DNA of 56,138 nt, the filler included, from Diploschistes diacapsis (taxonomy: Eukaryota): assembly GCA_023645945.1 (NCBI GenBank). It is 5 parts of 5 records of this genome, joined end to end, with 100 filler letters (N's around TTAATTAATTAA, not from the genome) between each part and the next. Parts side by side here need not be neighbours in the genome. Positions count along the whole stretch, not along the records: positions 11,288 to 22,447 come from JALAIB010000855.1; positions 22,548 to 33,693 come from JALAIB010000856.1; 3 more parts are not named here. One strand, given 5' to 3'. Both the position numbers and the translations under genes were made by a program. This document shows positions 12,343-25,822 of this stretch, in pieces (the stretch's first letter is position 1; every line of letters starts with the position of its first letter). The notes beneath the pieces are model-generated. The model saw only the letters and a list, made by a program, of their open reading frames with translations, had not been told where the DNA came from and searched no databases.

Positions 12343-14973
12343 ATGGCGAGTGCTTGGAACTTGACAGATAAGGACGATGATCCAGCCCAACTGTTCACCT
12401 CGACCCGCGATCTTGGCCCGCAAGCTGTCTTGTCCGTTGCCCTCGGCCTATCTGCGTTTCTGATATTCTGCGTAAGTTGGCAGCGGTCCAGGTGGTGGTG
12501 CATAAGCTTCAGCTCTAATATCAGTTTCGTAGTTCCTGCGTACGCGATGGACGGGTCTCTACGCGGCAAGGAAGATACAGAAGCATGCTGCGTCCAAACT
12601 ACCGGAACTGCCAGACACATTCTTCGGATGGATTCCTGTGCTGTTCAAGATTACGGAGGAGGAAGTCCTCGCGTCGGCTGGACTCGACGCCTTTGTATTT
12701 CTTCGTTTCTTCAAGATGGCTACAAAATACATCGCATTCGTCCTGTTCTTCTCGCTGACCATCATTTACCCCGTATACCAAAACTATGGCAAGGAAGAGA
12801 CGCAAATGGGTGGCTCCTCATCGGAAGGCGAACTTGCAACCCAAAGAGCCGGAGCAACTTATCGACGGTCGGAAACAACGGTGGGATTTCTGCAAGAAGC
12901 CTTTCCTACCGTCATGGATCCAAAGACAGGTTATCTGTGGATATACGTTATCTTTGGTTACCTATTCAGCTTTGCTCTCATATATCTCGTCATCACAGAG
13001 ACTAAGAGGGTTATCCGTGTGCGACAAAGGTACTTGGGCGCGCAGTCTTCCATAACCGATCGAACAATCCGTCTCTCGGGAATCCCTCTTCGACTGCGAA
13101 GTGAGGAAAAGATCAAACAGACAATCGAAAATTTGGAAATTGGTAAGGTTGAGAGAGTGACTCTCTGTAAAGATTGGAAGTCCTTGGATGATTTGATGGC
13201 GGAAAGAATGGCCGTGCTTCGTAAGCTCGAAGAGGCATGGACTGTTTATCTTGGCCGTCAGGGAGCTGTGACCAAGCTCAATCCTGCGGAACAACGGAGT
13301 GAAGAAGGTGGACGGGAACAACACAACGTCACTACCCCCCTGCTGGAAAATGGCGGTGGCGGAGAGAACGGAATAGACAAGATGCAGAGCGGTAGACCCA
13401 CAACACGAATCAGTGAAGGCTGGTTTAAGGGTAGAAGGGTGGATGCTATCGAGCATTACGAGGAGAAACTCCAAGACCTCGACGGGAAGATCAAAGAAGC
13501 GCGAGATAAGGACTATACCCCCACTCCACTCGCCTTTGTAACGCTGGACTCGATTGCTGCGTGCCAGATGGCTATTCAGGCGATTCTGGATCCCGAGCCG
13601 ATGCAGCTCATTGCGAAACCTGCACCAGCTCCAGCGGATGTTGTCTGGCAAAATACCTATCTCTCTAGGCAGAGCCGGATGATCAGGTCGTGGTCTATTA
13701 CTGCCGTGGTACTGTTGCTCTCTGTCGTCTGGCTGTCTATCCTCTTCCCGTTCGCTGTCCTGCTCAACCTCAAAACCATTGGCCGCTTTCTCCCTCAATT
13801 GGCAGATTTCTTGGAGGATCACAAGGTTGTTCAGTCGCTCGTACGGACATCACTTCCGACCATCGGCATGTCCGCGCTCAATGCCCTCGTCCCATTCCTG
13901 TACGATTGGCTTTCGAACCTTCAGGGCATGACTTCACAAGGCGACGTTGAAATGTCAATCATCTCGAAGAACTTCTTTTTCACCTTCTTCAACTTATTTG
14001 TCGCTTTCACCTTGATCGGCACAGTGTCTACTGCTTATCAGCTTGGTGGTCTGATGGATAACCTGAAAGAACGATTTGGCGACCTTCTAGGCACGTCCTA
14101 TGTGCTTGCCCAGTCTCTGAACAGCCTGGGTTTGTTCTATCAGAATCTGATCCTGCTCCAAGGCATTGGCCTGTTCCCCTTCAGACTCCTCGAATTTGGA
14201 TCGGTGTTTCTATATCCCATTAGTTTAATCGGAGCCAAAACCCCTCGAGGTACGTACTGTCCATCATCCATGGATGCTAGGCTTCGCTGACTGTTTTAGA
14301 TTTTGCCGAGCTGGTGCAGCCACCAATCTTCAGTTATGGCTTCTTCCTGCCCTCCACCCTCTTTGTTTTCTCGATCTGTGTAGTTTACAGCGCGTTGCCG
14401 GACTCGCAACTAGTCGCCGTCTTCGGTATTATCTACTTTATGCTCGGCCACTTTGTCTACAAGTACCAATTACTCTACGCCATGGACCATAGGCACTTCT
14501 CAACGGGTCGAGCCTGGCCTATGATCTGTATCCGGGTCCTTGTGGCCCTAATCTTTTTCCAGGTCGCAATGGCCGGACAATTGCTTCTCAAAGGCGCCAT
14601 TCCTCGCTCCGTATTGATCGCTCCACTCTTCATAGGTACGGTCTGGTTTGCCCTCTGGTACAACCGCACATACGAGCCTCTGATGCGATTCATTGCGCTT
14701 AGAAGCTTGCACGAGTCCCAGGATGACTCGCTGTCCTTGAGTGATTCACGAAATGAGGAGAATGTGGATGCCGCTCAAGCTCGCACCGTGGATGGCGATG
14801 AGTCTAACTGGACATTCATCAATCCAAACCTCATCATCCCGCTTGATGATATTTGGATCCCCGAAGATGGGGCAAGAGTGAGTGGCCAGGAGTATGACAC
14901 ACAGCAACGAGACGCAAGACGGTCACGAAGGACGAACTTTGTTGAGCGGGCAGCTGAGGCCGCTGTTCCCTGA
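12343..14973 (+). CDS. OSCA/TMEM63 (CSC1/RSN1, DUF221) calcium-permeable stress-gated channel; introns 12472-12532, 14250-14299
   Basis: AGLDAFVFLRFF, AFVTLDS, APAPADVVWQN, KTPRD and YKYQLLY motifs; many transmembrane helices; exons join in frame. Confidence 0.93.
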
Positions 14974-15348
14974 AAAATTGATTGTTTGCATCGCACCTTC
15001 CTGCATTGAGCTACCATGATACCACTATGCGCTTCCTCATTTGTACATAATCCTTAGCCAGCAACCTCTTCTTATCGGCGTATTCGAATCCAGTTTGATT
15101 CTGTACCTCTTACGCCCTTTTGCTCTCACTCTTTAATCGCTCATACACTTATCTTTCGTACTGCTTATTTCCCTAAAACCCCAGCGTTCCTCGGCGTTTG
15201 TCGCTTGTACCTAGAGACGTCTCTCGAAACGTCTTCGCAGGTTCTTCTCTCGAAAGGGGTTGCCGATCTCACCTCGAAGCCTGCGAATCCTAGAGGTAGT
15301 CCAGTACCTCCCATTATCTCCATTTACGAGCATTCCGACCTTCACATA

Positions 15349-18300
15349 ATGACTTTGGGATCATCACCAAAACCCATTAGGATTCAGCTTGAACCAGGTT
15401 CACCTACCGCTCATGATGGCCCAAACACCTACCCAAGGCATTGGTACATGACTAAGTATGCAGCAACGACGAATCCCGAATCGGCTGAGCATATGGATCC
15501 GGATGATAGCTCAATGCTCGCTCGGCCTACCGACTCCGAAACGATCTCCTTGGCTGCAGGGTTAGTTGAAACGCCTAGCAGCCGCTTTCATGAGCCCTTG
15601 TCCGCTGGCGAGGCTGATCGGTCCCCGTGGAGGTCAAGGGCTTCAACGCCAAAGTCGCCAGACCGGCAGTCTTCCTACACGTCGACTCCAAGCCGCGGGT
15701 CGGAAGCAGGGTGGGATCAAGAAGAGCGTGGCCGTACCAGAGCAAAGCTCGAGTGTATCATACCGCCTCGGAGCCGGAAGATATCAAAGAAGAGTATTGA
15801 GCGTCATGTTGGCCAGTCGAAGAGTGGCTCAGACTCCGCAGATGTGGAAACCTTCCTGACATCTGAATCGCCGTCTCCTTCGAACACTAGCAAAGAAGCT
15901 GAAGACCTGTTGCTTGAGCCTTCTCCTCCCGAGTATGTGACCAGGGGCTTCACTCAACGACTGAGCGGAGAGGCGAGCCCGGCCAGCCCAGAAGAGGGTA
16001 TTCCCTTCCCACACGATCACGAAAGCAACGTTGATCTTAGGCCACCCCAAAGGCTGACTGATGCTCAGCGGCTTTCAATCGTTGAGCATATCCATTTCCC
16101 TCATCACCGCGACACATTTGCAATCTTAGAACTGCCTAAGAACAGATACCAGTCTCCGCCAACTCCAACCTTGTCCAATCTTCCCTATTCTATTCTTTGC
16201 CGCCTGAACACATATCTTGGTCATCGCAGTCGCCTCGCTCTTCGGTTGACTTCTCGATGGCTCAGCGGGTGCATTACCGAGATACATCCATTGCGGTTTC
16301 CTGCAGTCTCAAACTTGCCTGCGGAGATGATTCAAGAGATCATGTCCTACCTGTCACCGTTTGACTTCAACAGCGCCCGGCATACCTGCCGGGCATGGAT
16401 GAGGGTGAGTCTGGACAAAAACCTACTGGCTCGCATGGTTCGCAAAGGGGGATGGTGGAGCAGCGTCGAGATGGCAATGAGATTGTATCTTGTGCTGACC
16501 GGGGTTGATGAAGACGACTTTCCCGCTGTGTGGCATCTCAGCTCTTTGGTTGCAAGAGAGTGCGCATTTACTTCTCATTGGACTGGGAAGGGACTTTCAA
16601 CATCTCGGGGGCCAAGGAATTCTATGCTGAGGCATACGCAAATTGATGGTGCATTTGATGCTGACATTACTGAACGACCACACGCTTCGCCGTTCGAGCT
16701 TACCTTGGAGACTGACTTCTCGGCTTTGGGAGACCCAAAGGTATTTGGTAACGCTGTTCCAACTTATGCCCGAGCACGTGGACTTCGCGATGGCGTGCAG
16801 TTCACGGCAAGTGTTTGTGGTCGGTTCGTCCTGGTCACCAAGAACAGTCAAATTTTCGTTTACCGCCTTTCTCATGCATTGCCTAATGAAGGTGGCAAGC
16901 CCGACAGCCGTGTGCAGTTTTCTTCCAATCTACCAAACACAAGCGCCAATTCAAGGATTGCCGTCATATACCCAGTCACCACGATCATTTGCCCTCGCCG
17001 GGTTGTTGCTGTCAGTATGGATACGTCTTGTGGGCGCCACGCCGTTGCCGCTCTGCTTGACGACCGTATGGGCCTCGTTTGTGATTTGTATGGTTCCGAG
17101 GATACTCCTTCAGCAAGGGCCTGCTCCAGCGAGGTAGGATGTCTTTGACGCTCCCCATCTCCCCCGTTAACCAGTAACAGATACCATTTGAGCCTACCGC
17201 TGCTTATTCACATTCGGCGAGCCAGCGTGACTATGCATCTGTGGTCACGCCAAGCTTCCTCGAAAAAAGACACACAACCAGTCTCTTTAGCAGCGAGCCG
17301 CCAATGCTATGTCCACAGTTGATCCCCACGCATGGTTCCCATTACTCTTCTATGGCACACTGCTATGCAATTTCCATCGAGACTGGGCCCCGGAGCATCT
17401 ACAGGGCACTTTGTTCTAATGACGATCCACCGCTAAGCGTGGCAATCAGCCCGCAGAGGCGATGTGTAGCCTTTGGATGCACGTCCGGAATCGAACTCCA
17501 TTGGGTTGATGCTCTGACCGGCCAAGATCTTAATCGATGGTTTCCGGTGACAGCGCCAAGTGACTATCTCTACTTCCTGCCCCCGAGAAAGGGTATCGAC
17601 GATGCAAAAAAGCTTAGGCTTGTGAGTAGCTCAGGCCTACCCGGCATGAAAAGCCGTGTTCGGGAGCGCCTCACTTCTTCCCGACCGTACGACTGGGGCG
17701 TCGGTGGTGGTATGGGACTTGGATATGGCGGCTGGCGAGACACGGAAGATCTTGGACGCGATCCGTCAGACAATCACCGCTCTGTGCCACTGAGTAATGG
17801 GTATCATGTGTTGTTTACAGATCAAGTCAATCAAAAGTTGTGTTTGGGCTTTGATGCCCCTAACTTCGGACCAAACCGAATGGTCAAGAAGGTAGTGTTC
17901 GAGGGCCCGAGAGGAGTCTTGCCAGCGCTTTACGCGGTAGGCAGGGACCTATCCTGGGGCGTCAGGATTGCCGCCGGCTACGGTGACGAGGTATGGCTGT
18001 TCACAGTACCCGCGGACATTTTCACTTACGAAGGCAACGGGGAAGGTGAACCTTGGCTAGAGCAGTACGTATCGCCGAATAAGCTTGCTCACGTCAGAAG
18101 TATGCGAGTAGCGGCAGCTCTTCTCGTCGACAGCCCGGTCGCAGCCGCGATGAACGGCTTTGACCCCTCCAAAGAGCCCGGGTCGATATGGCCCATCACT
18201 GTCTCAGGTACAAACATTGCGACTGTCCCAGGTCTGTCCGAACTTGCTGTCAACAGTCGTCCGGCCTCGTTCACAATCTGGGCCTTTGCTGCAGATGGTG

Positions 18301-19055
18301 CTGCTAGAGCATGGCAGGTCCGTGGCGGCAAGCCAAAGGACGTCAGAGTCGCCACTGTGCTCGAGGATGGTAGTATTGTGGAGGAAGGGCCGGGAATTAT
18401 TGCAGACGAAGGTGATCTTCGGCTAGTCAGGTACGACTACGATGTTGATGCAGACGGCGATGTCATCATGGAAGACGCGCCGCCGCTCACCGCAGTATCC
18501 CTGCCAGGTCTTGAATGGACAAGCCACACCAGCTTTGATGGATACATGTCCCGATCCGGGTCCCTGATTCCGTCCAAGAATCCGTCAAGAAAGCCCTCGC
18601 GGAGATTCAGCGTCCGCGCTGGATACGAGCCACCACCAACGACGCCCAATCCTGCAACGAGCCCTGTGGCCCCAGCGACTCCAATCCTACAAGGAGTAGA
18701 TGCTGCACTGCGCGAGGACTCTTCTTCGCCCATCACCATCAGCCCGTCTCTTGGCAGCGGCTCCAGTCCTCTGCCCCAAGTCCCAGAACACGAGGTGCAG
18801 AGTATCGGCGACGTCCTGACTGCCGAACTAGACGAAGAGGCCTTCTGGTCTGCCGCAGGGGAAGATGCAAGGAAAGAAGCTGCACGTGAACAAAGCGCTG
18901 GCTTGGGCTTGAACACTCGCATCCGCACAGGACGGGCGTATCCCTTGGCTATAAGAGGGGACGGTGATCTCTACGGCGTAGGGTACGGGTCCGTTGCCGG
19001 AGAGGAGGACGACGATGCTGAGGATGAGTACTTGGACGCTGAGATCCTAGGCTGA
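15349..19055 (+). CDS. Large fungal F-box protein with a probable beta-propeller-like C-terminal region; intron 17134-17180
   Basis: F-box LPAEMIQEIMSYLSPFDFNSARHTCRAW; CPRRVVAVSMDTS and SVAISPQRRCVAFGC segments; the intron joins the two ORFs in frame; start inferred. Confidence 0.78.
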
Positions 19056-20213
19056 GCATATTATGGAGTTGCTCCAATGGGCACAGTAGCTAGTCGACTA
19101 TAGAATTCAAGCGCTCTCCGAACTTTGGAGCAGCCTCTATACGTCTTCATTATGGCTGATTGAAGTTGAAAATTGTGACGGCTCGTGCACCCCACAGCGT
19201 ATGTATACCTTTATTATATACCCGCTGTTTGACCTTGCCGTGAACGATCGGCAGGTACCCGATATCTAGTAACTAGTACGTCTCTATCACTAGACGCCAC
19301 AAAATGTCGGTCTATCCCATTCTAACTCTCTCCAAAACGGAGATAAGTTTACAGGTTCTTAAGTTTACGTGCACGACAAGCCACTCCGCCATCACTTCCC
19401 GTCTACAATAATGCATCTTCACATCACCACCTGGTCCTTCAATCTGTCTATTCCGGCTCTCTGCTAACTCCTGGCCTGTTCGTTGGACAGTGCCTACGAA
19501 GTACCCCCTAGAATCAAGGGTTGGCGCCGATTAGTGTGGCACCATACAAAAAGGAACGCTCAACGTGTCCTGATATATGGTGAAAGGCCCCCTGCGTGCA
19601 TATTCTGGCAGGGTTCTTCGTGCCTCTACCGTGCTGCTCTACGCCGTCTCTCTGCCAACCGAACACCTCAAAGGGAAAAATTCCGCCACCCAGCCTTTTG
19701 CAATTTGTATCCAGTTTGTGAGGAGCGATGTCAGGCACAGGATTTTCACGCCACAAGCTTCGATCAGCTCTGCGCTGCGGCCCACGCGCGCCGTCCCGTT
19801 TCGTCTGCCTTCCCAACAGCACATCCAACGAACCGTCCACGCCGTTCCTGTCCCCCAACACGTCGAAGCCCAGACAGACGTCAAAAATGGCGACTGCTTG
19901 GTCGGAGCCCACCGCAGGTTCGGATTCCAAAGGTACAAGCGAGGCGGAGGTCTGGACTTGGACTGATGAACAGGATATATACCGTCACACCGCTGGGTAA
20001 ACGGAGAAGGCTGTCAAACGTATTGAAGGTTAACGCTGATTAGGGCAGTGCCACATAGGCAGGGGGGATCTAAGCAAAAAAAGCTCGACGTGTCTTTTCA
20101 CTGAAGATATAAGATAAAATGTCTCTGCTCAATGGCGCACTCTAATCAGCGCTAATCTTTAGTACAAGCGGGCTTAACCTTGTTAGTACAAAAGACCCGA
20201 CGTTAGCGCCATC

Positions 20214-21902
20214 ATGAAGCTCTCCGCAGCTCTTCTCCACGTCCTGCCTTTCGCGCTTGCGGCTCCCCTAGAGCAGCGAGCTGCTGGTCCGACTGTTACT
20301 ATCGACTCTCCGCAAGCTACTATTGTTGGCGTTTCTTCTGCCACCCTGGAAGCTTTCAGCGGCATCCCCTTCGCCCAGCCCCCCACTGGCTCGCTTCGAC
20401 TTAAGCCACCGGCTTCGTTGTCGTCGGCACTTGGTACAGTTCAGGCAACCGGGGAAGCACGATCATGCCCTCAGCTGGAATTCTACGACAGTCCGCTCTC
20501 CGTTTCCGGCCTCCTCGGCACAATCGGCAACCTCCCGCTCGTGCAAGGAATAGCCAATGCAGGCGAGGATTGTCTGACCATTGACATCGTACGGCCGGCA
20601 GGGACAACGTCAGTTTCGAAGCTCCCAGTGCTATTCTGGATCTTCGGTGGAGGGTTTGAGTTTGGTGGAACTTCGCAATACAATGGCGCTTCGCTGGTGA
20701 AGCAGTCCATCACGGATGGCAAGCCGATCATATACGTTGCCGTCAACTATCGTCTCGGCGGCTTTGGCTTTTTGCCAGGATCGGAGATTTTGCACGATGG
20801 TTCCGCCAACCTAGGCTTGCTGGACTAACGGCTTGGGCTGCAATGGACCGCAGACAACATTGCAGCTTTCGGAGGTGATCCTACCAAGGTTACAATCTGG
20901 GGAGAGAGCGCCGGTGCGATATCGGTCTTCGACCAGCTTGCTCTCTACAACGGGGACAACACGTACAAGGACCAGCCCCTCTTCCGGGGAGCCATCATGG
21001 ACTGTGGTAGTGTAGTTCCGGCAGACGCTGTTGACTGCCCCAAGGGCCAAGCCGTGTACGACCAGGTCGTCGAGACCGCCGGCTGCTCGTCCGCGGGCGA
21101 CACGCTCGCATGCTTGCGTTCCTTGCCCTACGAGAAGTACTTGAACGCCGTCAACTCCGTCCCGAGCATCTTCAGCTACGAATCCGTCGCGCTCTCCTAC
21201 CTGCCGCGCCCAGACGGAACCGCACTCATGGTATCCCCGGACGTCCTCGTGCAATCGGGCAAATACGCGTCCGTGCCCTTCATCATCGGCGACCAACAGG
21301 ACGAAGGCACCATCTTCTCCCTTATGCAATGGAACATCACCACAGAGTCCCAACTCGCCGAGTACCTCTCGACCGTCTTCTTCCACGACGAGAGCGCCGC
21401 CCAGATCTCCGGCCTCCTGGCCCAGTACCCGGACGACCCGGCCCAAGGCTCGCCCTTCGACACCGGCCTCAACTACCAGCTCTACCCGCAGTACAAGCGT
21501 CTGGCCGCCATCATCGGCGACCTGACCTTCACCCCGACGCATCGGGGCTTCCTGGCGGACCCCAACGCGGCCAACGCGGGCACGCCGTCGTGGTCGTACC
21601 CGGCCAGCTACTACCACGACATCCCGCTGCTGGGCACCTTCCACGCCAGCGACATCCTGAATGTCTTCGACGGCCTCCTCCCCAACTATGCGAGCGCGTC
21701 GACGAGGGCGTACTATTATTCGTTCGTGTACGATCTGGATCCGAACGCGGCGTCCAGCGGGTATCCGAATTGGCCGAGGTGGAATGCGGATAATGGGACG
21801 CTGCTGCAGATCAATGCGCACGATGTTGGCTTGGTGGCGGATGATTTCAGGCAGGGGGCGTACGAGTATGTGCAGGCTAACATGAAGAGCTTTTATATCT
21901 GA
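20214..21902 (+). pseudogene. Secreted carboxylesterase/lipase (type-B, Candida rugosa lipase-like) interrupted by an in-frame TAA at 20826-20828
   Basis: Signal peptide, GIPFAQPP, EDCL, FGGGF, NYRL, GESAG, DEGT, FHASD, all in one frame; NLGLLD*RLGLQW has a stop where the family has Gln. Confidence 0.82.
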
Positions 21903-22447
21903 GGGTTGGGCAAGGGAGAAGTTTAGCCGTGGAAGTATCAAGGGGGTGGGGGGGGTTTTTTTTGGGGTCATGAATCGTTGTAGTTCTAAGGCCCCATTAC
22001 CTACTAACAGCTTGTAACATATATTGTTGCCCAGTACCGCACCCGAATGATATTTTTTAAACGAGAGCTTTTGAGCAACTGTTCACGATAGATCCGAAAA
22101 AAAGAAGCACATTAGAAAGAAATTCAGTTCAGTTTCAGCCCGATCCCAAAGCCTTACGAATTTCGAGCTCTGCTTAAAACCAATCAAACTACCCCTGTTC
22201 GAACTTTCGGAGTTAATTTCTTCTCTACTGGTTTTTTCAGTTCCTGTGCTTCGCCTAGGAATTAAGGGGGACGCAGCAAGGAGGTGATCAAGTGCATCTT
22301 CACAAAAAAAATGAGCGAATAAACAGTTTCCCACCCACAACTTTCTACACACGACGAGCCCAGCCAAAACGCAAAAATTTGCAAACGCTCTCCAAAGCAC
22401 CGCAAATATCCCCCACCCAAGACACCACCTATTCCTCCCCCTAATCC

Positions 22448-22547
22448 NNNNNNNNNNNNNNNNNNNNNNNNNNNNNNNNNNNNNNNNNNNNTTAATTAAT
22501 TAANNNNNNNNNNNNNNNNNNNNNNNNNNNNNNNNNNNNNNNNNNNN
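22448..22547. other. Artificial contig spacer
   Basis: Same 100-nt spacer. Confidence 0.99.
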
Positions 22548-22716
22548 GAGGAGGTGGGAGGAGGAGATGAGGTGTGTTTCGGGGGGGTTAGGGGAGATGG
22601 AATAACTCCTTGAAGCGAGGTGTGAAACAATGGGTATGGAAATTAGTTTAAGGCGTCGAAGGTTATGGAGTGCTGCAATCAAGTTTGGTACGCGGAATGG
22701 ATGTCCTCGTCTTCCT

Positions 22717-24284
22717 CTAGTAGATTACATCATCCCTAAGCTTCCACAACTCCTCCATTACCTCCGTAGCATTGGATCCGATTGCGTTATGGAAGAGAGT
22801 ATTCTTGATGAATACCTTGCACCCTTTGATCTTTGACGCCGTGTCTTGCGCAAAATCAAAGTCCACGTAGAGATCGTCGAAGTACGTAGCAGCATACATA
22901 GGAACCTTGTTGGCGGCTAATTGTTTCTCGTCGTAGAGATCTGGCCAGTCTGTGTCTTTGGCGAGTATCTCCGCCGCCGGTAAGAGAGGGCGTAGTGTAG
23001 CGTTAGTTTCGAAAGTATCGTGTGTGACCTTATGATAAAGTTAGGCTGCTTAGACAGTGATATTGATTCAACGGAGAGCGATGTGCTCGAGGAAATCTGT
23101 TGCAAAGACTTACCATTTCAGCAGTGAAAAGTATGGGATCCCCTTGTTTGACCTTTGTAGTCTCGAATCCGGAGGCAGCTTGGATAGCCCTCTCGGCGGA
23201 CCAGTTGCTGGCTTGTCTGGACACATAGATTGACTCGTGCATTATGGCGTAGATAATGTTGTCATCGAAGGAGCCCTGTTGATCGACAGCACTGAGCGTT
23301 GGACGCGTGAAATGACCAAACATATCCAAGTCATTGTTCATGCGTAGGATGAGGTTGTGTAATATGATGGTACCTCCAGACGCTCCAAGTGCCGTACCAA
23401 GGTTTTGGATTCTTCCTGGGCTCAGGATTCCATCGGTAGGCGTAATCACCTTGTTATTCGAGACGTATTCGACAATTCTATGCATACGCTCGATGTCCTC
23501 GGGAAACTTCTCGTAGTACTGCTGACTTGCTCTGGCGATCCTCCGCACGAGCTTTTCATAGGCAGTATCAGGCTGCTTGGTAAGCGGAGGGAGTCCTCCT
23601 GTCGTAAATACCTCGCGCAGACCTTCAGGGTATTTGGACAAGTAATGCACGGCGCAAAAACCTCCAAAACTCTGGCCCATTACACTCCACTTGCTCTTGT
23701 GGTCTGGATAACCTTCCGTCAGGGCTGACCTGATAGCTTCAGCGTCCTTGACGATGTTATCTGCTCGAAAGTGCTTGAGATACGCTGCTTGTTCCTCTGG
23801 TCCACCGCGTCCAAGAAGCAGCTCTGTCGTGATGGTATTACTGAGTCCATTCCCACGCTGATCAAGAAGCAAAACTTTGTACCCCTTGTCCATTACAAAA
23901 TCTGTCCATCCGCCAGCTTTAACCGGGTGACAGCCAAATCCAGGGCCACCAGTAAGAAACAGGACTGCAAGATATCCAGAGTCAACTCCATATTAGTAGA
24001 TGACCAACGGCGATCTTACACCATGGAAGCTTCTCCTCTGCGTCCTCACTCATATCAGCTGGCATTTTAACCCTCTCGGCGCTTCTAGCGAAGAGGCGAA
24101 TGCTTTCGCCAAACTGTTTGGAGTAATCTAATGGAACCTTGAAAATATGCTCGGTGACCTTGATTCTCCCTTCCGAGAAGTCAGGATCACTTCACGGCTA
24201 CATATAGCTGTGGTATGTTGACATACCTGGGATTACATGGCAGCCTTGTTGCAATATCTGAGCCTTGAAGCTATGCACAGCCAT
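22717..24284 (-). CDS. Proline iminopeptidase (alpha/beta hydrolase, peptidase S33), multi-exon
   Basis: VPLDY, LTGGPGFGC, DQRGNGLS, FRADNIVKDAE, nucleophile GQSFGG, DWPDLYD, YFDDLYV, LFHNAI; spliced exons are in frame. Confidence 0.9.
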
Positions 24285-24709
24285 ATTTTCAGTAACGCGA
24301 CGTCGTCTTTCCCAGAAACGTGGATTCCACTTATAGCTTCAAAATCCAAAAGAAGCACCAATCGCTTTTGGTTTGCAGAATGTGAACAGCTTTTGGCCTA
24401 TAAACTTGTAGGGCTTGGTTCGAAGTGGGGCTATAAGAATGAGCAAATGAACTACCTACCGGAGTACTTCTGAGTCACGTACCAGCACTTTCTCAGCACG
24501 TTTGTTTGTTCAGTCCGTTAAGAAATGTCGATAGAGCCAGTTGATTAGCACGAAACATGATCTTGATACTTGAGTGTTCTCGTATGACTCGGTCATAGCA
24601 TGACTCAACTAAGATATCTCGAACTCCCGTGGACTTCATGGCCTCACTAATTCACAATTTCATAATATAAACGATGAACAATGACGGACGCAATCCTCGA
24701 GCCCTCCTA

Positions 24710-25822
24710 TCAGTCATCCAAGGTTTTGGCGAAATTTACCATTCGTATTCTTTTGGCGTCTCTCGGATCAAGCACGGCGACCCTTGCTCGGACAAGAAAT
24801 CTAGACGCTGCCGTCTCCTTCTCTATCGTCACGTATCGTCCGCTGCCCTGGTCAATCGCGGTTTCGAGCAGCTCGCCCAGCAGATCCTTGACCGCAAGCG
24901 CTGCTTGCGTAGCTTCGGTTTCAGGGACGCCTTCGTCTTCTTGCATGCCGGTACTGGTAAACATCTGATCTATCCGTTTCTGGCGGGCGTTTTGACTCAT
25001 CTTTTTCTTGGATTTGTTTGGTCTGCCCCTGACATTAAACCCCGAAGCCAGCACATCTTCGCTAACATCAAGAGTCGATCCCGCCACTGGACCTCCAAGT
25101 TCTTCCGCTGCTATAAGCGGCGCAAGCTTGGAGTCAACAAATCTTACCAAGGCATTCGTTAGCTTCTTGTGACTTCGCTTAAGCAATTGGGCTTGCTCTT
25201 TCTCCTCACTCAGCAAAACCTGGGCGGCTTCTTCTGCTGAGCGTTTCGCTCTTTGTGAAACTGCGCCACGGAGTTTGCCTATGCGATCTTCAAGGGCTGT
25301 TGTAAAAAGCGAGGCATCAGATAAGTCCCTTTGCTCCGCGGACAGGTCTCCCCGCGCTGTTTTCAAAGTAGTATGCGTAAGGATAACTGAGTCCTTCGTC
25401 TCTGAAATGATACCTTGACACTCTCGGGTCGCGAGAAGAGCTGGCAGATGAGACCCAGCCATTGGTAGCTGAGGGTCGCTTTGCGCAAGAGAGCGGAAGC
25501 CAGCAGTAATTACTTGTAGCTGTTGAAGACGGATAGCAGCATTCGGACTTGCTTCGTTCCACAGAGGAGCGTCTATATCACTTCGTAACTATTTCTTATC
25601 AGACGCTGGCTCTTGGGAGTGTATATACAGTTCACGAACCCGCTCAGACTTTGTCCTCTCCACATTACATTGCTCCTTCAAAGAGTTCAGAGTCTTCTCC
25701 AGACCAGCCCTGTACGATTGGTCTCCTCTGGAAGCATCTAAATTATACTCTGTGCTGTTCACCGTCGTGATATAGTCCTGCAACTTATTGAGTGCAGACT
25801 CCCCCATATAGGATTGGTCCAT
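24710..25822 (-). CDS. Probable kinetochore protein CENP-K/Sim4-like (coiled coil); one intron near 25580-25639
   Basis: Coiled-coil body; the C-terminus LLGELL...RFLVRARVAVLDPRDAKRIRMVNF resembles the CENP-K C-terminal motif (recalled, not searched). Confidence 0.55.

Noticed and set aside
19483..20043. Overlapping ORFs upstream of the lipase, one containing SEPTAGSD (reminiscent of the acyl-CoA dehydrogenase TEPxAGSD motif)
   Set aside because: No other family motifs and no coherent gene structure; probably chance.
20811..21971. Long antisense ORFs over the lipase (386 aa), NUC1 (291 aa), TMEM63 (286 aa) and other GC-rich genes
   Set aside because: Shadow ORFs expected from codon bias; no protein-like motifs.
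21960..22447. AT-richer non-coding tract with an Sm-site-like AATTTTTG on the minus strand
   Set aside because: No recognisable U1/U2/U4/U5/U6, 5S or tRNA core sequence nearby; a cmscan would be needed to say more.
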